Assembly: GCA_021734945.1 (NCBI GenBank)
Contig: JAIPIA010000001.1
Location: 180,415-244,414 of the forward strand
DNA: 64,000 nt
Reading direction: 5' to 3'
DNA from: Minisyncoccota bacterium
Lineage (GTDB): Bacteria > Patescibacteriota > Minisyncoccia > Phycocordibacterales > CAIZLB01
Both the position numbers and the translations under genes were made by a program. The notes beneath the pieces are model-generated. The model made no database searches. It saw nothing but the letters and a program-made list of their open reading frames with translations, and was not told where the DNA came from. Shown piece by piece: positions 28,772-39,233 of this stretch; the first letter of the stretch is position 1, and the number at the start of each line of letters is the position of its first letter.

Positions 28772-29006
28772 TTATTTCCCTGCCAACCTCTTTATTATCA
28801 AAATAGAGTGGATGAGAATTTTCAGGTGTAACTCGTGCAAGTAAGTCATCTAATGTCTCTTCTTTTTGTTCGGGAATAATAAGAATGCCCTCATTTACTT
28901 TTTTGATGGTTATTTTTGAACCCTCTGTTAGCATAAAGAAATCAATAAGTTCTTTAGGAATTCGGATGCCGAGACTATTACCCCACTGCGCTATTTTTGT
29001 AATCAT
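28752..29006 (-). CDS. mazE: MazE/AbrB-type antitoxin
   Basis: SpoVT/AbrB swapped-hairpin 'ITKIAQWGNSLGIRIPKELIDFF...GSKITIK'. Overlaps mazF by about 20 nt. The start is taken at an internal Met. Confidence 0.6.
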   Translation of the reverse strand: MITKIAQWGNSLGIRIPKELIDFFMLTEGSKITIKKVNEGILIIPEQKEETLDDLLARVTPENSHPLYFDNKEVGREIIDEYHA

Positions 29007-29170
29007 TCCATAAGTATATACATGGTATATACTTTGTGCAAGCGTCGAATTATTCACTGTTTGAATATTTTTTAACATAGACAAAGTGTATCCAATCAAT
29101 ATGAAGCGGTGATAAAGAAATTTTAAAGTTTAAGAATACACTGTTCTGTGGTATTCGTAAGTTATATTGA

Positions 29171-29485
29171 TTGCGGAGCAGTTATGATCATAGTATTATT
29201 TTTATAATGGTTAATAGAATATTTAAACTGGTTCTATGTGTTTTACTACTATCTATACTGGGTAGTATGGGTATTTCATTGTCTCTTGAACAAAATTTTA
29301 ATTTTACTCATTTTTTGGAAGATGCTTTATTTTACTTTGCATGCATAATATCTTTGTTTGTTTTCGTGTTTGGTATGTATTACGTAATCATGAGGTTATT
29401 CAGAAAAAATAGTCATAGACAAGTTGTTACTATGATAAAACAAGAAATGGATCAAATCATTGATAATCTCCATCTAATGAGTTAA
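29171..29485 (+). CDS. Small membrane protein (hypothetical)
   Basis: Two TM helices. No recognisable motif. Confidence 0.3.
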   Translation: MRSSYDHSIIFIMVNRIFKLVLCVLLLSILGSMGISLSLEQNFNFTHFLEDALFYFACIISLFVFVFGMYYVIMRLFRKNSHRQVVTMIKQEMDQIIDNLHLMS

Positions 29486-31383
29486 CAGAACCCTCCCTCC
29501 ACAAACCCCTTTGCTTGCCCTTCAAACATAGACGCATAAATACCTCGCTTTCTCATAAGCTCATCATGTGAACCTTGCTCAGCGAGCGTATGACCATCAA
29601 GTACAAGAATCTTATCTACGTTTTTAACACTGTTAAATCTGTGAGTAATTAGAATGAGAGTTTTATCTTTTGTAGCTTTTTCCATTTGCTCAAAAATTTC
29701 AAGTTCAGCAAGTGGATCAATAGCTGCTGTAGGTTCATCGAGAATCAACACCTGACCAACTTGCAGTCGATAGAGTGCACGAGCAAGAGCAATCTTTTGC
29801 AGCTGTCCTTGTGATGGTTCAATACCATCATCAAACTCACGACTAATTTGTTGCTTGTACCCTTTTGGATATTCTTGAATAAACTCGTCTGCACCAGAAA
29901 GTTTAGCTGCTATGACCGCTTGTTCACTACTAACAGGACTATTTGGAAGACCCATCGCAATAGCTGTTTCTATGTCGAATTCGTGCAGAGTATATTGCTG
30001 TAACAGTACAGATAAAACTGACGTCCAGTCGTGCGTAGAGATTTCGCGCAGGTCAGTACCATTTATGAGTATAGAGCCCTCTGTTGGGTCATATACACGC
30101 ATCATGAGCTTGATTAGAGTCGATTTGCCGGCACCATTTTGCCCAACAATACCAATCTTTTCACCAGCGTTCATTGTGAAGTTTAAATCTTTGAAAACCC
30201 ATGGACTTGCTTCAGGATTTTTTGATGGATATTTGAAACTAACATTTTTGAACTCGATGTGAGGTGGTTGAACGAGACTGATATGCTTCGCATCAATAGC
30301 TTCTTTTATTCGAGGTGCTGTGTCGTACACTTCAAAGATATCTTTTGTTGTTAGTGCACGCTTGTATTGTTCTGCAATGTCACGCAAAAACATATTCATT
30401 GTTGTTACGAGATTTTGTAGTGAGAAAATAGCGAACACAAGTGTACCGGCAAGTATTCGTCCAGCCATTACTTCTCCAACAATCAAATACAAACCATACC
30501 CCATACCAAGTGCCATCAACATATTTGAGCTCACTCCAAGCCATAGCCGACGTTTGTCTACCTTGAGCTGGTCATTGAGATACCCTTTCATAATATCTTC
30601 AGTTGTTGTGAGAATTTTCTCAGACGCCTGAAGCATTTTAGTTTGAATGATATTTTTTCTGCCTTGAATATGCTCTCGAAGTGCGTAGTAGAGACGCTGT
30701 CTCACACTGTTTTCACTCCAAATTCCCCACATGTTATATCCGTACTTTAATTCAATGACGAAGTTTGGAACAGCTGCAAGAAAACTAATAATGAGCAGTG
30801 GTGCGCTGATATTGTAAATAATAATTCCGGCAGCAATAATACCAAACAAATTTGCAATATTTTGTATCTGCCCTTTTGCAATAGTATAAATCGGCCATAC
30901 GCCATGGTCGAATGCTTTGTTAATAAGATTTTGGAACTCTGGATCTTCATAGTTTGCAATATCAATGCCAGCACGCTTTCGTAGTGAGTAAGCAGTAAGT
31001 TCGTTGTCTGTCGTGAGGTCCCACCGCTTCTCGATATACTTTCGTAGTTCTTGGAAAATCGAAATAAGTACAAGTACAGTCACATACAGAAGAATGTAAC
31101 CTAGAATTGCTGGAGTACTCATACTTCCTGCTGTAGAACCGTTTGCTGCACCGCTTACAGCTTCAGTAATCTTGTTGATAATACTTCCAAAAAGACCGTT
31201 TTGTACGAGTGGAAATAGTTCAAGAGCAATTACTATAAAAGTAAGTTGTAGGGTAAGTTTTGGTACTAATTTGAAGCCCAAAACAAAAGACCGACGCACT
31301 ACTTTTAGAAGTGTCCGAAGTGAAGGTTTTTTTATTTTAACCTTGTTTTTATTGAGTTTTTTGTCGGTTGTTGACAGTGTCAT
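29482..31383 (-). CDS. ABC exporter half-transporter (TMD-NBD), degenerate signature
   Basis: Walker A 'GQNGAGKSTL', Walker B 'ILDEPTAAID' and an H-loop. The signature is 'PSQGQ' instead of LSGGQ. Confidence 0.85.
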   Translation of the reverse strand: MTLSTTDKKLNKNKVKIKKPSLRTLLKVVRRSFVLGFKLVPKLTLQLTFIVIALELFPLVQNGLFGSIINKITEAVSGAANGSTAGSMSTPAILGYILLYVTVLVLISIFQELRKYIEKRWDLTTDNELTAYSLRKRAGIDIANYEDPEFQNLINKAFDHGVWPIYTIAKGQIQNIANLFGIIAAGIIIYNISAPLLIISFLAAVPNFVIELKYGYNMWGIWSENSVRQRLYYALREHIQGRKNIIQTKMLQASEKILTTTEDIMKGYLNDQLKVDKRRLWLGVSSNMLMALGMGYGLYLIVGEVMAGRILAGTLVFAIFSLQNLVTTMNMFLRDIAEQYKRALTTKDIFEVYDTAPRIKEAIDAKHISLVQPPHIEFKNVSFKYPSKNPEASPWVFKDLNFTMNAGEKIGIVGQNGAGKSTLIKLMMRVYDPTEGSILINGTDLREISTHDWTSVLSVLLQQYTLHEFDIETAIAMGLPNSPVSSEQAVIAAKLSGADEFIQEYPKGYKQQISREFDDGIEPSQGQLQKIALARALYRLQVGQVLILDEPTAAIDPLAELEIFEQMEKATKDKTLILITHRFNSVKNVDKILVLDGHTLAEQGSHDELMRKRGIYASMFEGQAKGFVEGGFC

Positions 31384-31524
31384 AAGTGTAATGACGCACC
31401 AAAAGCGTGAATATTACATTACAACAAATTTGAAGGTGTGCAAGTTTTAAAGAATTTTCACAATTTTTTTAGTAAAAATTTATTGCATTATTTGGCATTG
31501 TTTATTGCAGTTTACAGAGGTACT

Positions 31525-33336
31525 TTATTTTACCATCGCTTTAACCTGCTCCTCATACATTCTTCGATACTTGCCGTCTTGGTTTTTCATAAGTGAATCA
31601 TGGTTTCCATCTTCTATTACGCTTCCCTTATCGAGTACAATAATTCTACTTGCTCTACCAATAGTTGCCATATCGTGTGAAATGAATATTGCAGTTGTTT
31701 TGTTGCCCAATGTATCGAGCGTCTTGAAAATCTCAATCTCTGATTCGGTATCTATTGCAGCTGTAGGTTCATCGAGTATAACAATAGGAGCTTTTCTATA
31801 AAACGTTCGAGCAAGTGCCATCTTTTGTGATTGACCACCTGAAAACTTTATACCACCAAAGTCAGTACCAATTTGTGCATCGTATCCATGCTCGTATTTT
31901 TCGATAAAGGTATATGACTGCGACTGTCTAGCTGCTTCTTTAACTTTTGAATCGTCGAGAAACTTAGGTTGCTGACTGATAGCAATAGCTTCTTTGATTG
32001 TGAAATTGTAGTTTACAAAATCCTGCATAAGTGCAGATATATATGTCTGCCAGATTTCAGGTGGAATATTTTTGAGGTTAACTCCGTTTATGAATATTGA
32101 GCCTTCAGACGGGTCATAAATTCGAAGGAGTAGTTTGATAAAGGTAGATTTTCCTGCGCCATTGTCCCCGATGAGTCCTATCTTTTCTCCTGGATATAGG
32201 GAAACGTTTATGTTTTTAAGAATCGGACCCTGAATCTCTTTCGATTGGTTCGGGTATTGGAAAGTTACATTTTCAAAACGTATCTCAGGTGCTTCGTTCT
32301 GCTTGATTTCTATAGCTGTTGGATTATCTGTCTTGAGTATTGATTCTGTCTCAAAAAATTCTCGAACGTGCGTTGCATATCTGTTTTGTTCTGTAATATC
32401 GGCAATAGCATATAGCATTTCAGAAACAGAACGTCCGGCTGTAAATATTGCACCGAAAATAAAAGTCATGTATCCGACTGTTATATCTCCACTTAAGGTA
32501 TGGAGAATGGTCTGATAAATTGCCCAGCCGTATGCACCGGCTGATATAAAGTCTGCAAATATATTTATATAAAGACGCTTTTGTTCGTATCCATGCACAG
32601 CTCCAACTGTTGAGTCGTACATATGTTTGATTTTATCAAGTATGTAATCTCCAATCTGATATATCTTTAATTCAGTACGCGCATTGTTACCTCTGATGTG
32701 CTGTCTCAAATCAAAATATCTCATTTGAGTTTCAGTCTCCTTTTTTGCCCAGATACTGTACTCTGCACGGTCGAAGAATATTCTATTTAATATAGGGGGA
32801 ACCTCTGCAAAAGCGATGATGAACAATATTTTCCAATCAAAGTATAGAATGATAGATGCAGAAATTACAATTTTGACGAGAGCTGGAAAAAGTGAAACTA
32901 GAGTAAAAGCCCCGACTCTGTCGAGACTCCATTGGTTACCTTGGTCAATTCCCTTTTGCAATAGTTTTTTAAATTCAGGATCTTCATACCGAGCAATATC
33001 AAGTTCTATAAATTTTTTGAGAAGCTTAAATTCGAAGAGTGTCTGCCATTTGTATCTCCCTGTTGATCCAAGAATTGTTCTAATAGACCCAGCTAAACCA
33101 CTTACAAGCTGTGCTGATATATATGTAAGAATAAGTGTAAGAAGCCCAGTTGTGATGATTGTAGACGTTTTTACTGTTTCAATGATACTGTCAATAATTT
33201 CAGACTGAATTTTCGAAATATAAAATGGAAGTCCTTGTATGAGAGCAATAACTAAAATCCAGCCAATAAATGAATAAAGAGCCGCTTCCTTAACTACCTT
33301 GAAATATAAGCTGATATTTTTTATATAATTCTTCAT
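31525..33336 (-). CDS. ABC exporter half-transporter (TMD-NBD), canonical signature
   Basis: Walker A 'GDNGAGKSTF', signature 'FSGGQSQKMALAR', Walker B 'ILDEPTAAID' and an H-loop. Confidence 0.85.
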   Translation of the reverse strand: MKNYIKNISLYFKVVKEAALYSFIGWILVIALIQGLPFYISKIQSEIIDSIIETVKTSTIITTGLLTLILTYISAQLVSGLAGSIRTILGSTGRYKWQTLFEFKLLKKFIELDIARYEDPEFKKLLQKGIDQGNQWSLDRVGAFTLVSLFPALVKIVISASIILYFDWKILFIIAFAEVPPILNRIFFDRAEYSIWAKKETETQMRYFDLRQHIRGNNARTELKIYQIGDYILDKIKHMYDSTVGAVHGYEQKRLYINIFADFISAGAYGWAIYQTILHTLSGDITVGYMTFIFGAIFTAGRSVSEMLYAIADITEQNRYATHVREFFETESILKTDNPTAIEIKQNEAPEIRFENVTFQYPNQSKEIQGPILKNINVSLYPGEKIGLIGDNGAGKSTFIKLLLRIYDPSEGSIFINGVNLKNIPPEIWQTYISALMQDFVNYNFTIKEAIAISQQPKFLDDSKVKEAARQSQSYTFIEKYEHGYDAQIGTDFGGIKFSGGQSQKMALARTFYRKAPIVILDEPTAAIDTESEIEIFKTLDTLGNKTTAIFISHDMATIGRASRIIVLDKGSVIEDGNHDSLMKNQDGKYRRMYEEQVKAMVK

Positions 33337-33500
33337 AAAATAGACCGACGTAATGGTTAACTAAATATTACAAGAATCTTATAAATTGAGACTTTTTCTG
33401 GTGTAGCAGAGGTTTCGGACTTTTATGACGCACTGATTGGTGAAATATTACAAATAAGCAATTAACTGTGAGTATCTTAATTTTTATCAAACAATCTTAA

Positions 33501-34574
33501 CTAAACAACAAACCCAACCTTTCTCCGTACATCTGCTACTAGGTGGTGAACTTTTTCTCGGATGATTGCACCGTTCTGCGCGAGCATAGTTCGTACTGCA
33601 TCAGTATCTTTTGCAATCTCAGCACGTCGAACTCGTAGAGGTGTTATAAATGCAATTAGATCTGCTGCGAGTGCGTCTTTGAGAGGTTTGTATTTTCCAC
33701 CAGTACTTTTATAAAATTCTCGAAGGGTCTCCTCACTCTCTAGGTATGTCTTCCCTGCTGCGATCAAATCTGAATTCCCAATAAATAATTTATGAATGTT
33801 AAATACATTCGCAGGAATACCAGCCATTGGGTCATTTGCATCAAGTGAAGCACCAGAGTCTGTAACGATAGACATTACGAGTCGTGTGATATCCGCATCT
33901 TCTGAAAATAGTGGAATATGATTGTTATAACTTTTACTCATTTTCTGACCATCAATACCTGGAACAGTTTCAACATCTGAAACGATATAAGCTTCTGGAA
34001 GTTTAAAGAGATTTAACTTCTCAGCTTCTTCATCAGATAGACCCTCTGTTTTACAGAAAATACGGTTGAACTTCTCAGCTGTATCTCGTGCAAACTCTAC
34101 GTGCTGTTTTTGATCCTTTCCTACTGGAACAATTTCTGCATTATGGATAAGAATATCAGCGGCCATGAGCATTGGATAATCGAATACCCCAACATTAATT
34201 TCTTTATTTTTTGCCTCAGCATCTTTGAAGGCGTGAGCTCGCATAAGATATGGCATCGTTGTAATGCAATTAAAAATCCATGTAAGCTCCATGAGCTCTG
34301 GAACGTCAGACTGTTTAAAAATAGTAACCAGTTTTGGATCAAGCCCAATAGCCAAGAAATCTATAGCTAAATCTAGTGTATATTGCGATAATATTTCCCC
34401 ATCATGGATGCTCGTGAGTGAGTGAAAGTCGACAATACAAATACGACTATCATACTCATTGCCTTGCAAATCAACATACTGCTTCATAGCGCCAAAATAG
34501 TTACCGATATGTGGTCGGCCTGTTGATTTAATTCCAGAGAGAAGTATTTTTTTGTTTGATGTGTCGTGGGTCAT
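33501..34574 (-). CDS. trpS: Tryptophanyl-tRNA synthetase
   Basis: 'GIKSTGRPHIGNYFGA' (HIGH), 'VPVGKDQKQHVEFARD' (TrpRS GxDQ) and 'KMSKS'. Confidence 0.85.
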   Translation of the reverse strand: MTHDTSNKKILLSGIKSTGRPHIGNYFGAMKQYVDLQGNEYDSRICIVDFHSLTSIHDGEILSQYTLDLAIDFLAIGLDPKLVTIFKQSDVPELMELTWIFNCITTMPYLMRAHAFKDAEAKNKEINVGVFDYPMLMAADILIHNAEIVPVGKDQKQHVEFARDTAEKFNRIFCKTEGLSDEEAEKLNLFKLPEAYIVSDVETVPGIDGQKMSKSYNNHIPLFSEDADITRLVMSIVTDSGASLDANDPMAGIPANVFNIHKLFIGNSDLIAAGKTYLESEETLREFYKSTGGKYKPLKDALAADLIAFITPLRVRRAEIAKDTDAVRTMLAQNGAIIREKVHHLVADVRRKVGFVV

Positions 34575-34693
34575 AAATTGTTTGTATGTGAGTTACCTCT
34601 TAGTAAATATGAGTATAAATTATTTAAATCTAGAGTAAGTAAATATATTGCCGTTGATTCCTTTAATATATTTCAATAATAGCATTTTTTGAG

Positions 34694-34727
34694 GTAAAAA
34701 AAAGCACCTCCCTGTGAGAGGAGGTGC
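34694..34727 (-). terminator. Rho-independent terminator after the hydrolase gene
   Basis: Perfect 8-bp stem GCACCTCC/GGAGGTGC. On the minus strand it is followed by TTTTTTTT. Confidence 0.7.
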
Positions 34728-34754
34728 CGTTGTTTTGAGCGTGAGCTCGGCTGA

Positions 34755-35480
34755 TTAAAGCGCGACGCGAGCAATCAAGTTGCCGATAACTTGTGGCAAG
34801 TAGGTGTTTCCTAGTATGCCACAGTGACTTTCGTCCCAGAATTCTTCACAAAGACAATGGATGGCTTGTGACCATTTGATTTTTTGTTTAGAAGGGTGGA
34901 GTCGGCTACCACCAGCAATCACTACGGCGCAAGGCCGTTTTGATTGACGAGGAAGGCGTCCAAGTAACATCTGGAGGATTGCTCGGCCAGCAGCTGGCTG
35001 GCGAGTGATGATGTCGAGATGAGGAGATTCCTCACCATTGAACAGCATCATCTTTGCGTCTTCTCGAGTTGGTGTGAACAACCCGTTTGTAAGCAATGGA
35101 CGAATGTATCGCCACGGCTTAGACAAAAGAGCTTTCGTCACTCGAATGTCAGCACCTCCGCCGAGCATTGGTGGGTCGATCATGACCACACCTTTGATTT
35201 TTTCTGGAAAACGTTGTGCAAGGTTAAACCAGCACACGCCAGTCATGGAGTGACCCACCCCGACAACTTCCCCTGCAGGAAGCTTTTCAAGGATGTCGTC
35301 CTCGTAATCACGGAGACTAAGGCTCCCCATGGATGAGGTGAATGGATCTCCATCGTGCCCAATCAGCGAGATTGAGCTTGTTTGTTCGAGGCCGAGATTT
35401 TGAAGTCCGGTCACGAGCGGTTGGATGATTGGACCTCCACCCCATGCACCATACGTACATGCGATATTGAATTTTTTCAT
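34755..35480 (-). CDS. Alpha/beta-hydrolase-fold protein
   Basis: Nucleophile elbow 'GHSMTG' (GxSxG). The GC-richest coding patch in the window. Confidence 0.5.
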   Translation of the reverse strand: MKKFNIACTYGAWGGGPIIQPLVTGLQNLGLEQTSSISLIGHDGDPFTSSMGSLSLRDYEDDILEKLPAGEVVGVGHSMTGVCWFNLAQRFPEKIKGVVMIDPPMLGGGADIRVTKALLSKPWRYIRPLLTNGLFTPTREDAKMMLFNGEESPHLDIITRQPAAGRAILQMLLGRLPRQSKRPCAVVIAGGSRLHPSKQKIKWSQAIHCLCEEFWDESHCGILGNTYLPQVIGNLIARVAL

Positions 35481-35612
35481 ATGAATGAGCGAGTTTTGGT
35501 TGAGAGACTGATTTTTTGGTATGCAGAGTTATTTCTGGATATTTATATTATAACATAATAGTGTTATTTATGCAAGAGTCACAAATAAACCAACAAAATA
35601 GAGCTTTGTGTA

Positions 35613-37196
35613 TTAAATCGTATCCAACTCAATAAAGAAGCTAGAGCCCTTACCCTGTCCTGCTGATTCAGCCCAGATTCGCCCATGGTGAGCTTCAATC
35701 ATTTTCTTTGCAACATAGAGACCAAGCCCTGTTCCCATAATGTTTGTTTTTGACGCATCAGGCGCGCGCGTAAACTTTTCAAAAAGTCGAGGTAATACAT
35801 CAGGATGAATACCTACTCCTGTATCTGAAATAGAAAGCAATACTTTATTTGGTGCACTATGTGAAATCCAAATATGAATACTTCCTTTAGGTGTGTATTT
35901 TACGGAGTTATCAATAAGGTTACTTACTACTTGTTTTATTTTTCCTTGATCTGCATTTACTCTAAACTCCCCTGTCTGATCATAATCAAAATCAAGCTGA
36001 AGTTTTGCTTTTTCAATATTTGGCTTAAGTTCTGTTACTACAGTACCTGCGAGGTCGCGCAAATCGAATGTACTGAAATCGTACTGCATCCTTCCTTGTT
36101 CAATACGTGATACATCGAGATAATCACCTACAAGTACTACGAGGTCATTTGTTGATGCATAAATTTTTGAAATAGCATCTTTAACTTCGCCATCTGTTGG
36201 TCCGAAGTCTCCATCAAGAAGCATTGAAGCATAGCCTTTTACTGCTGTAAGCGGTCCTCGCAACTGATGTGATGCAAGTGACACGAACTCGGACTTTTGT
36301 TGGTCGAGTTCCTGGAGGTGGACGTTTGTGTCTTCGAGGTCTTTTGCAAGTTGTTCGATTTTTTCTCGGGATTTTACTTCTTCATTTACACTTCTAATTG
36401 TTAATACACTAAAGAAAAGTACAAGGAGGAATATTGCAAAGTTTATGAGCCAATCTTTAAACTCAACAGAACGTAGTACATTGAATAAGAATACTAGAAT
36501 AATAGCTGTAGAGAAAATTTGGGCAGAAATTACCTTTGCACTCAGAAGTTTATATCTAAGTACCCCGTACACCATGAAAACAATGAAGAGAATTACAAGA
36601 TAGTTGCCGTATGGATATACATTGAAGAATTGTGGAAAAAAGTTAGAAACACCTCCTGTATATCCCATGATGCCGGCAATCATTGTGTTTCGAATCTGAC
36701 CTCTCAAAACTGAGTCTTTTCTATTTATCACAAATTGATAAAGCATAATGCTCATCGCAATCAAAGCATGACAGACGAAGTAGATAGGAAAAATAATATA
36801 GTATGACCCTGGGTCTATCCAAAAAAAGTCATATTTAGATATAACTCCATGTTTAAAATAGTCTGTGAAGCTAAATATACTTATGAGTCCAGATATTGAA
36901 AGGAAAAATACACGCCAATTAAAGTTTTTAAATTTAAAAAACTCTGAAAGAAAATTAAAGTAGAGTGCAGGCAAAAATATAGCCGAAACATCCAATAGAT
37001 ACTGCCATAGTAACGCGTAGTCTTTAGAACTTGTTGATGTTACTCCATACAGCCCCATCGACCATCCAGAAAAAGAAATAGATGCGTATAGCCACGCTTT
37101 ACTAACTCTGTTAGCTCTATCGTTTCTGTAAACAATAAGACTAAAAAAGATACTACTAAGACACAATATGAGACTCGACGTACTGAATAGATTCAT
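35613..37196 (-). CDS. Sensor histidine kinase (multi-TM sensor, HisKA plus HATPase_c)
   Basis: H-box 'SHQLRGPLTAV', N-box 'NLIDNSVKYT' and G-boxes 'DTGVGI...GTGLGL'. About 6 N-terminal TM helices. No response regulator nearby. Confidence 0.8.
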   Translation of the reverse strand: MNLFSTSSLILCLSSIFFSLIVYRNDRANRVSKAWLYASISFSGWSMGLYGVTSTSSKDYALLWQYLLDVSAIFLPALYFNFLSEFFKFKNFNWRVFFLSISGLISIFSFTDYFKHGVISKYDFFWIDPGSYYIIFPIYFVCHALIAMSIMLYQFVINRKDSVLRGQIRNTMIAGIMGYTGGVSNFFPQFFNVYPYGNYLVILFIVFMVYGVLRYKLLSAKVISAQIFSTAIILVFLFNVLRSVEFKDWLINFAIFLLVLFFSVLTIRSVNEEVKSREKIEQLAKDLEDTNVHLQELDQQKSEFVSLASHQLRGPLTAVKGYASMLLDGDFGPTDGEVKDAISKIYASTNDLVVLVGDYLDVSRIEQGRMQYDFSTFDLRDLAGTVVTELKPNIEKAKLQLDFDYDQTGEFRVNADQGKIKQVVSNLIDNSVKYTPKGSIHIWISHSAPNKVLLSISDTGVGIHPDVLPRLFEKFTRAPDASKTNIMGTGLGLYVAKKMIEAHHGRIWAESAGQGKGSSFFIELDTI

Positions 37197-37902
37197 CGCT
37201 GTCTAAGTATATCATGGGAATATTATTTTTTTGTGCCCATGTGTACATTTTTGTATCTGGGTTTGCAACGAGTGCGTATTTTGCAGATTTTAAAAGAGGT
37301 ATGTCGGAAATATGGTCTGCTATTACAGTAACTTGATCAAGCTTGAGTGATTTAGTCGATAAATATTGTTCTAAATAAACTCTCTTTTGTTCTCCATATA
37401 CTTGAACGCCTTCTACTTCCCCAGTGTACAGACCATTCTCCGTTTTAACCTTTGTACAGATATAGTCTGAGACATTGAGATCCTTAGCTATAGCTTGGAC
37501 AATTATCTCCACGGCACTTGAAAGAAGTATAATTTGATATCCAAGACTTTGTAACATACTAATCAAGGTCTTTGAATTCTTAAAATATAGAGGGTGAACT
37601 ACCTGAGTTATAAATTCATCGGTAGTTAGATTGACTGACGCAACAGATTTCCCCTTAAATCCCTCTAATGCAAAAGAGAGAATCTTATTCGAGTTCTTGG
37701 CGAGATGAAACTTATATAAGATAAACCACGTCATTATCCGAATATAAGCCAAAAATGAAACGATGCTTTTCTCTTTGAGAAAAGCTATAAAGTATCTTTG
37801 ACTCTGTCCTTTTATAAGTGTGCCGTCTATGTCGATGACAAAAATATTATTCTTCATGTGTATGCTCGTAGTGTGGGTATTTTCTGCCTGAAAGTTTCTC
37901 AA
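37156..37902 (-). CDS. HAD-superfamily hydrolase
   Basis: Motif I 'FVIDIDGTLIKG' (DxDGT). HAD fold. Confidence 0.6.
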   Translation of the reverse strand: MRNFQAENTHTTSIHMKNNIFVIDIDGTLIKGQSQRYFIAFLKEKSIVSFLAYIRIMTWFILYKFHLAKNSNKILSFALEGFKGKSVASVNLTTDEFITQVVHPLYFKNSKTLISMLQSLGYQIILLSSAVEIIVQAIAKDLNVSDYICTKVKTENGLYTGEVEGVQVYGEQKRVYLEQYLSTKSLKLDQVTVIADHISDIPLLKSAKYALVANPDTKMYTWAQKNNIPMIYLDSDESIQYVESHIVS

Positions 37903-38524
37903 TTTTCTTTATTACTTTTTCAGTGACAATAGTACAAATTTCTTTATCTGTGTGTTTATCCCAATGTTCATTGAAATGAAGGGGTTCACCAATATGTATT
38001 TCAATAACTTTTTTAAATAAGAGTTTTGGAGAGTGCTTACTTTGAACTTTCTCAGCTCCAACTATACCAACTGGGATAATAGGTACATGATGTTCTAGTG
38101 CGTAACGAGCTATACCTGTATATGCCTTAAGCATTTCAAATTCGTGTGGTGAGCGCGTTCCCTCTGGGAAAATTGCTAGTAGAGTACCTAGTCTTAGGTG
38201 TTCAGCTACAGTTGCATGTACATGTGATTTGTCTGAAACTGTACGATCTACTTTAATTTGACCAGTAAGTAGCATGATAGGTTTCCAAAAAAAACTTTTA
38301 AAGAATTTCTCTGCAGCAAGAAAATGCACATTTCGGTTTGCTACTACACTGAAGGTTAGAAAGTCAAAAAAACTTTGATGGTTTAACGCAAACAAAGCAG
38401 CACCTTTTTTAGGTATGTTTTCTAGTCCAGTAACTTTCTTAACCCAAATACCTTTGATAATTGGCTTGAGTGCTTTTCTAAGAAAAAAGTATGTAAAAAA
38501 TGTTGTCTTTGAATATGATTTCAC
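37847..38524 (-). CDS. plsC: 1-acyl-sn-glycerol-3-phosphate acyltransferase
   Basis: 'NHQSFFD' (HX4D) and 'FPEGTRS' acyltransferase motifs. Confidence 0.75.
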   Translation of the reverse strand: MKSYSKTTFFTYFFLRKALKPIIKGIWVKKVTGLENIPKKGAALFALNHQSFFDFLTFSVVANRNVHFLAAEKFFKSFFWKPIMLLTGQIKVDRTVSDKSHVHATVAEHLRLGTLLAIFPEGTRSPHEFEMLKAYTGIARYALEHHVPIIPVGIVGAEKVQSKHSPKLLFKKVIEIHIGEPLHFNEHWDKHTDKEICTIVTEKVIKKIEKLSGRKYPHYEHTHEE

Positions 38525-38769
38525 GAGGGAGATTATAGCACAAAAAAAATATTTGTCTGAAATAAATTATAAATAAGCGTCTCACTATAAATTTACTCTG
38601 ATATCAATACTTACCTTCAGAAATCATGAAGTACGCCATATTAGCACTTTCCCTGCTTCTCATTTAGGAGACCTTGAAGATGCCATTTTAAGCAAAACAC
38701 ATTTTATTGTGTCGTGGTATGATTTTACTCATAACTATTGTTTAATAGTAGATAAATTATTTTTAAAAC

Positions 38770-39216
38770 ATGACAAATCATTTTGCAATCAATACCGAGG
38801 CGGCTATTTACAAAGACGGAAAGTGGCTTGTCGGCATCAGATCAGAAAAAGAAAGTGAAGGTGCTGGACTCCTCGCTTTTGTCGGAGGAACAGTTGACCA
38901 TAGTGATGCTCTAGTTGATATTCTCGAAAGTGCGGTTATTCGCGAAGTTAAGGAAGAAATTGGGGTCAAGATAAAGGTGCTCGATTTTGTAAATAGCTCT
39001 TCATTTGTCTCAAAGAAAGGTAATCACGTAATCAATATAGTATTTCTATGTGAAATAGAAGATGGAGGAGTGCCGAAGGTGGTAAGTGAAGATGAAATGG
39101 ATTCACTGCTTTGGTTGACGACTGACGAGATTATTAACTACCCCAACTCTCCAAAGTGGCTCTGGGAGAGTCTTAGGAAAGCTGATGAGCTTGCTCAAAA
39201 ATTTTTTAATTCTTAG
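38770..39216 (+). CDS. NUDIX hydrolase
   Basis: Nudix box 'GGTVDHSDALVDILESAVIREVKEEIGV'. Confidence 0.8.
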   Translation: MTNHFAINTEAAIYKDGKWLVGIRSEKESEGAGLLAFVGGTVDHSDALVDILESAVIREVKEEIGVKIKVLDFVNSSSFVSKKGNHVINIVFLCEIEDGGVPKVVSEDEMDSLLWLTTDEIINYPNSPKWLWESLRKADELAQKFFNS

Positions 39217-39233
39217 GAATACAAGATAATAAT

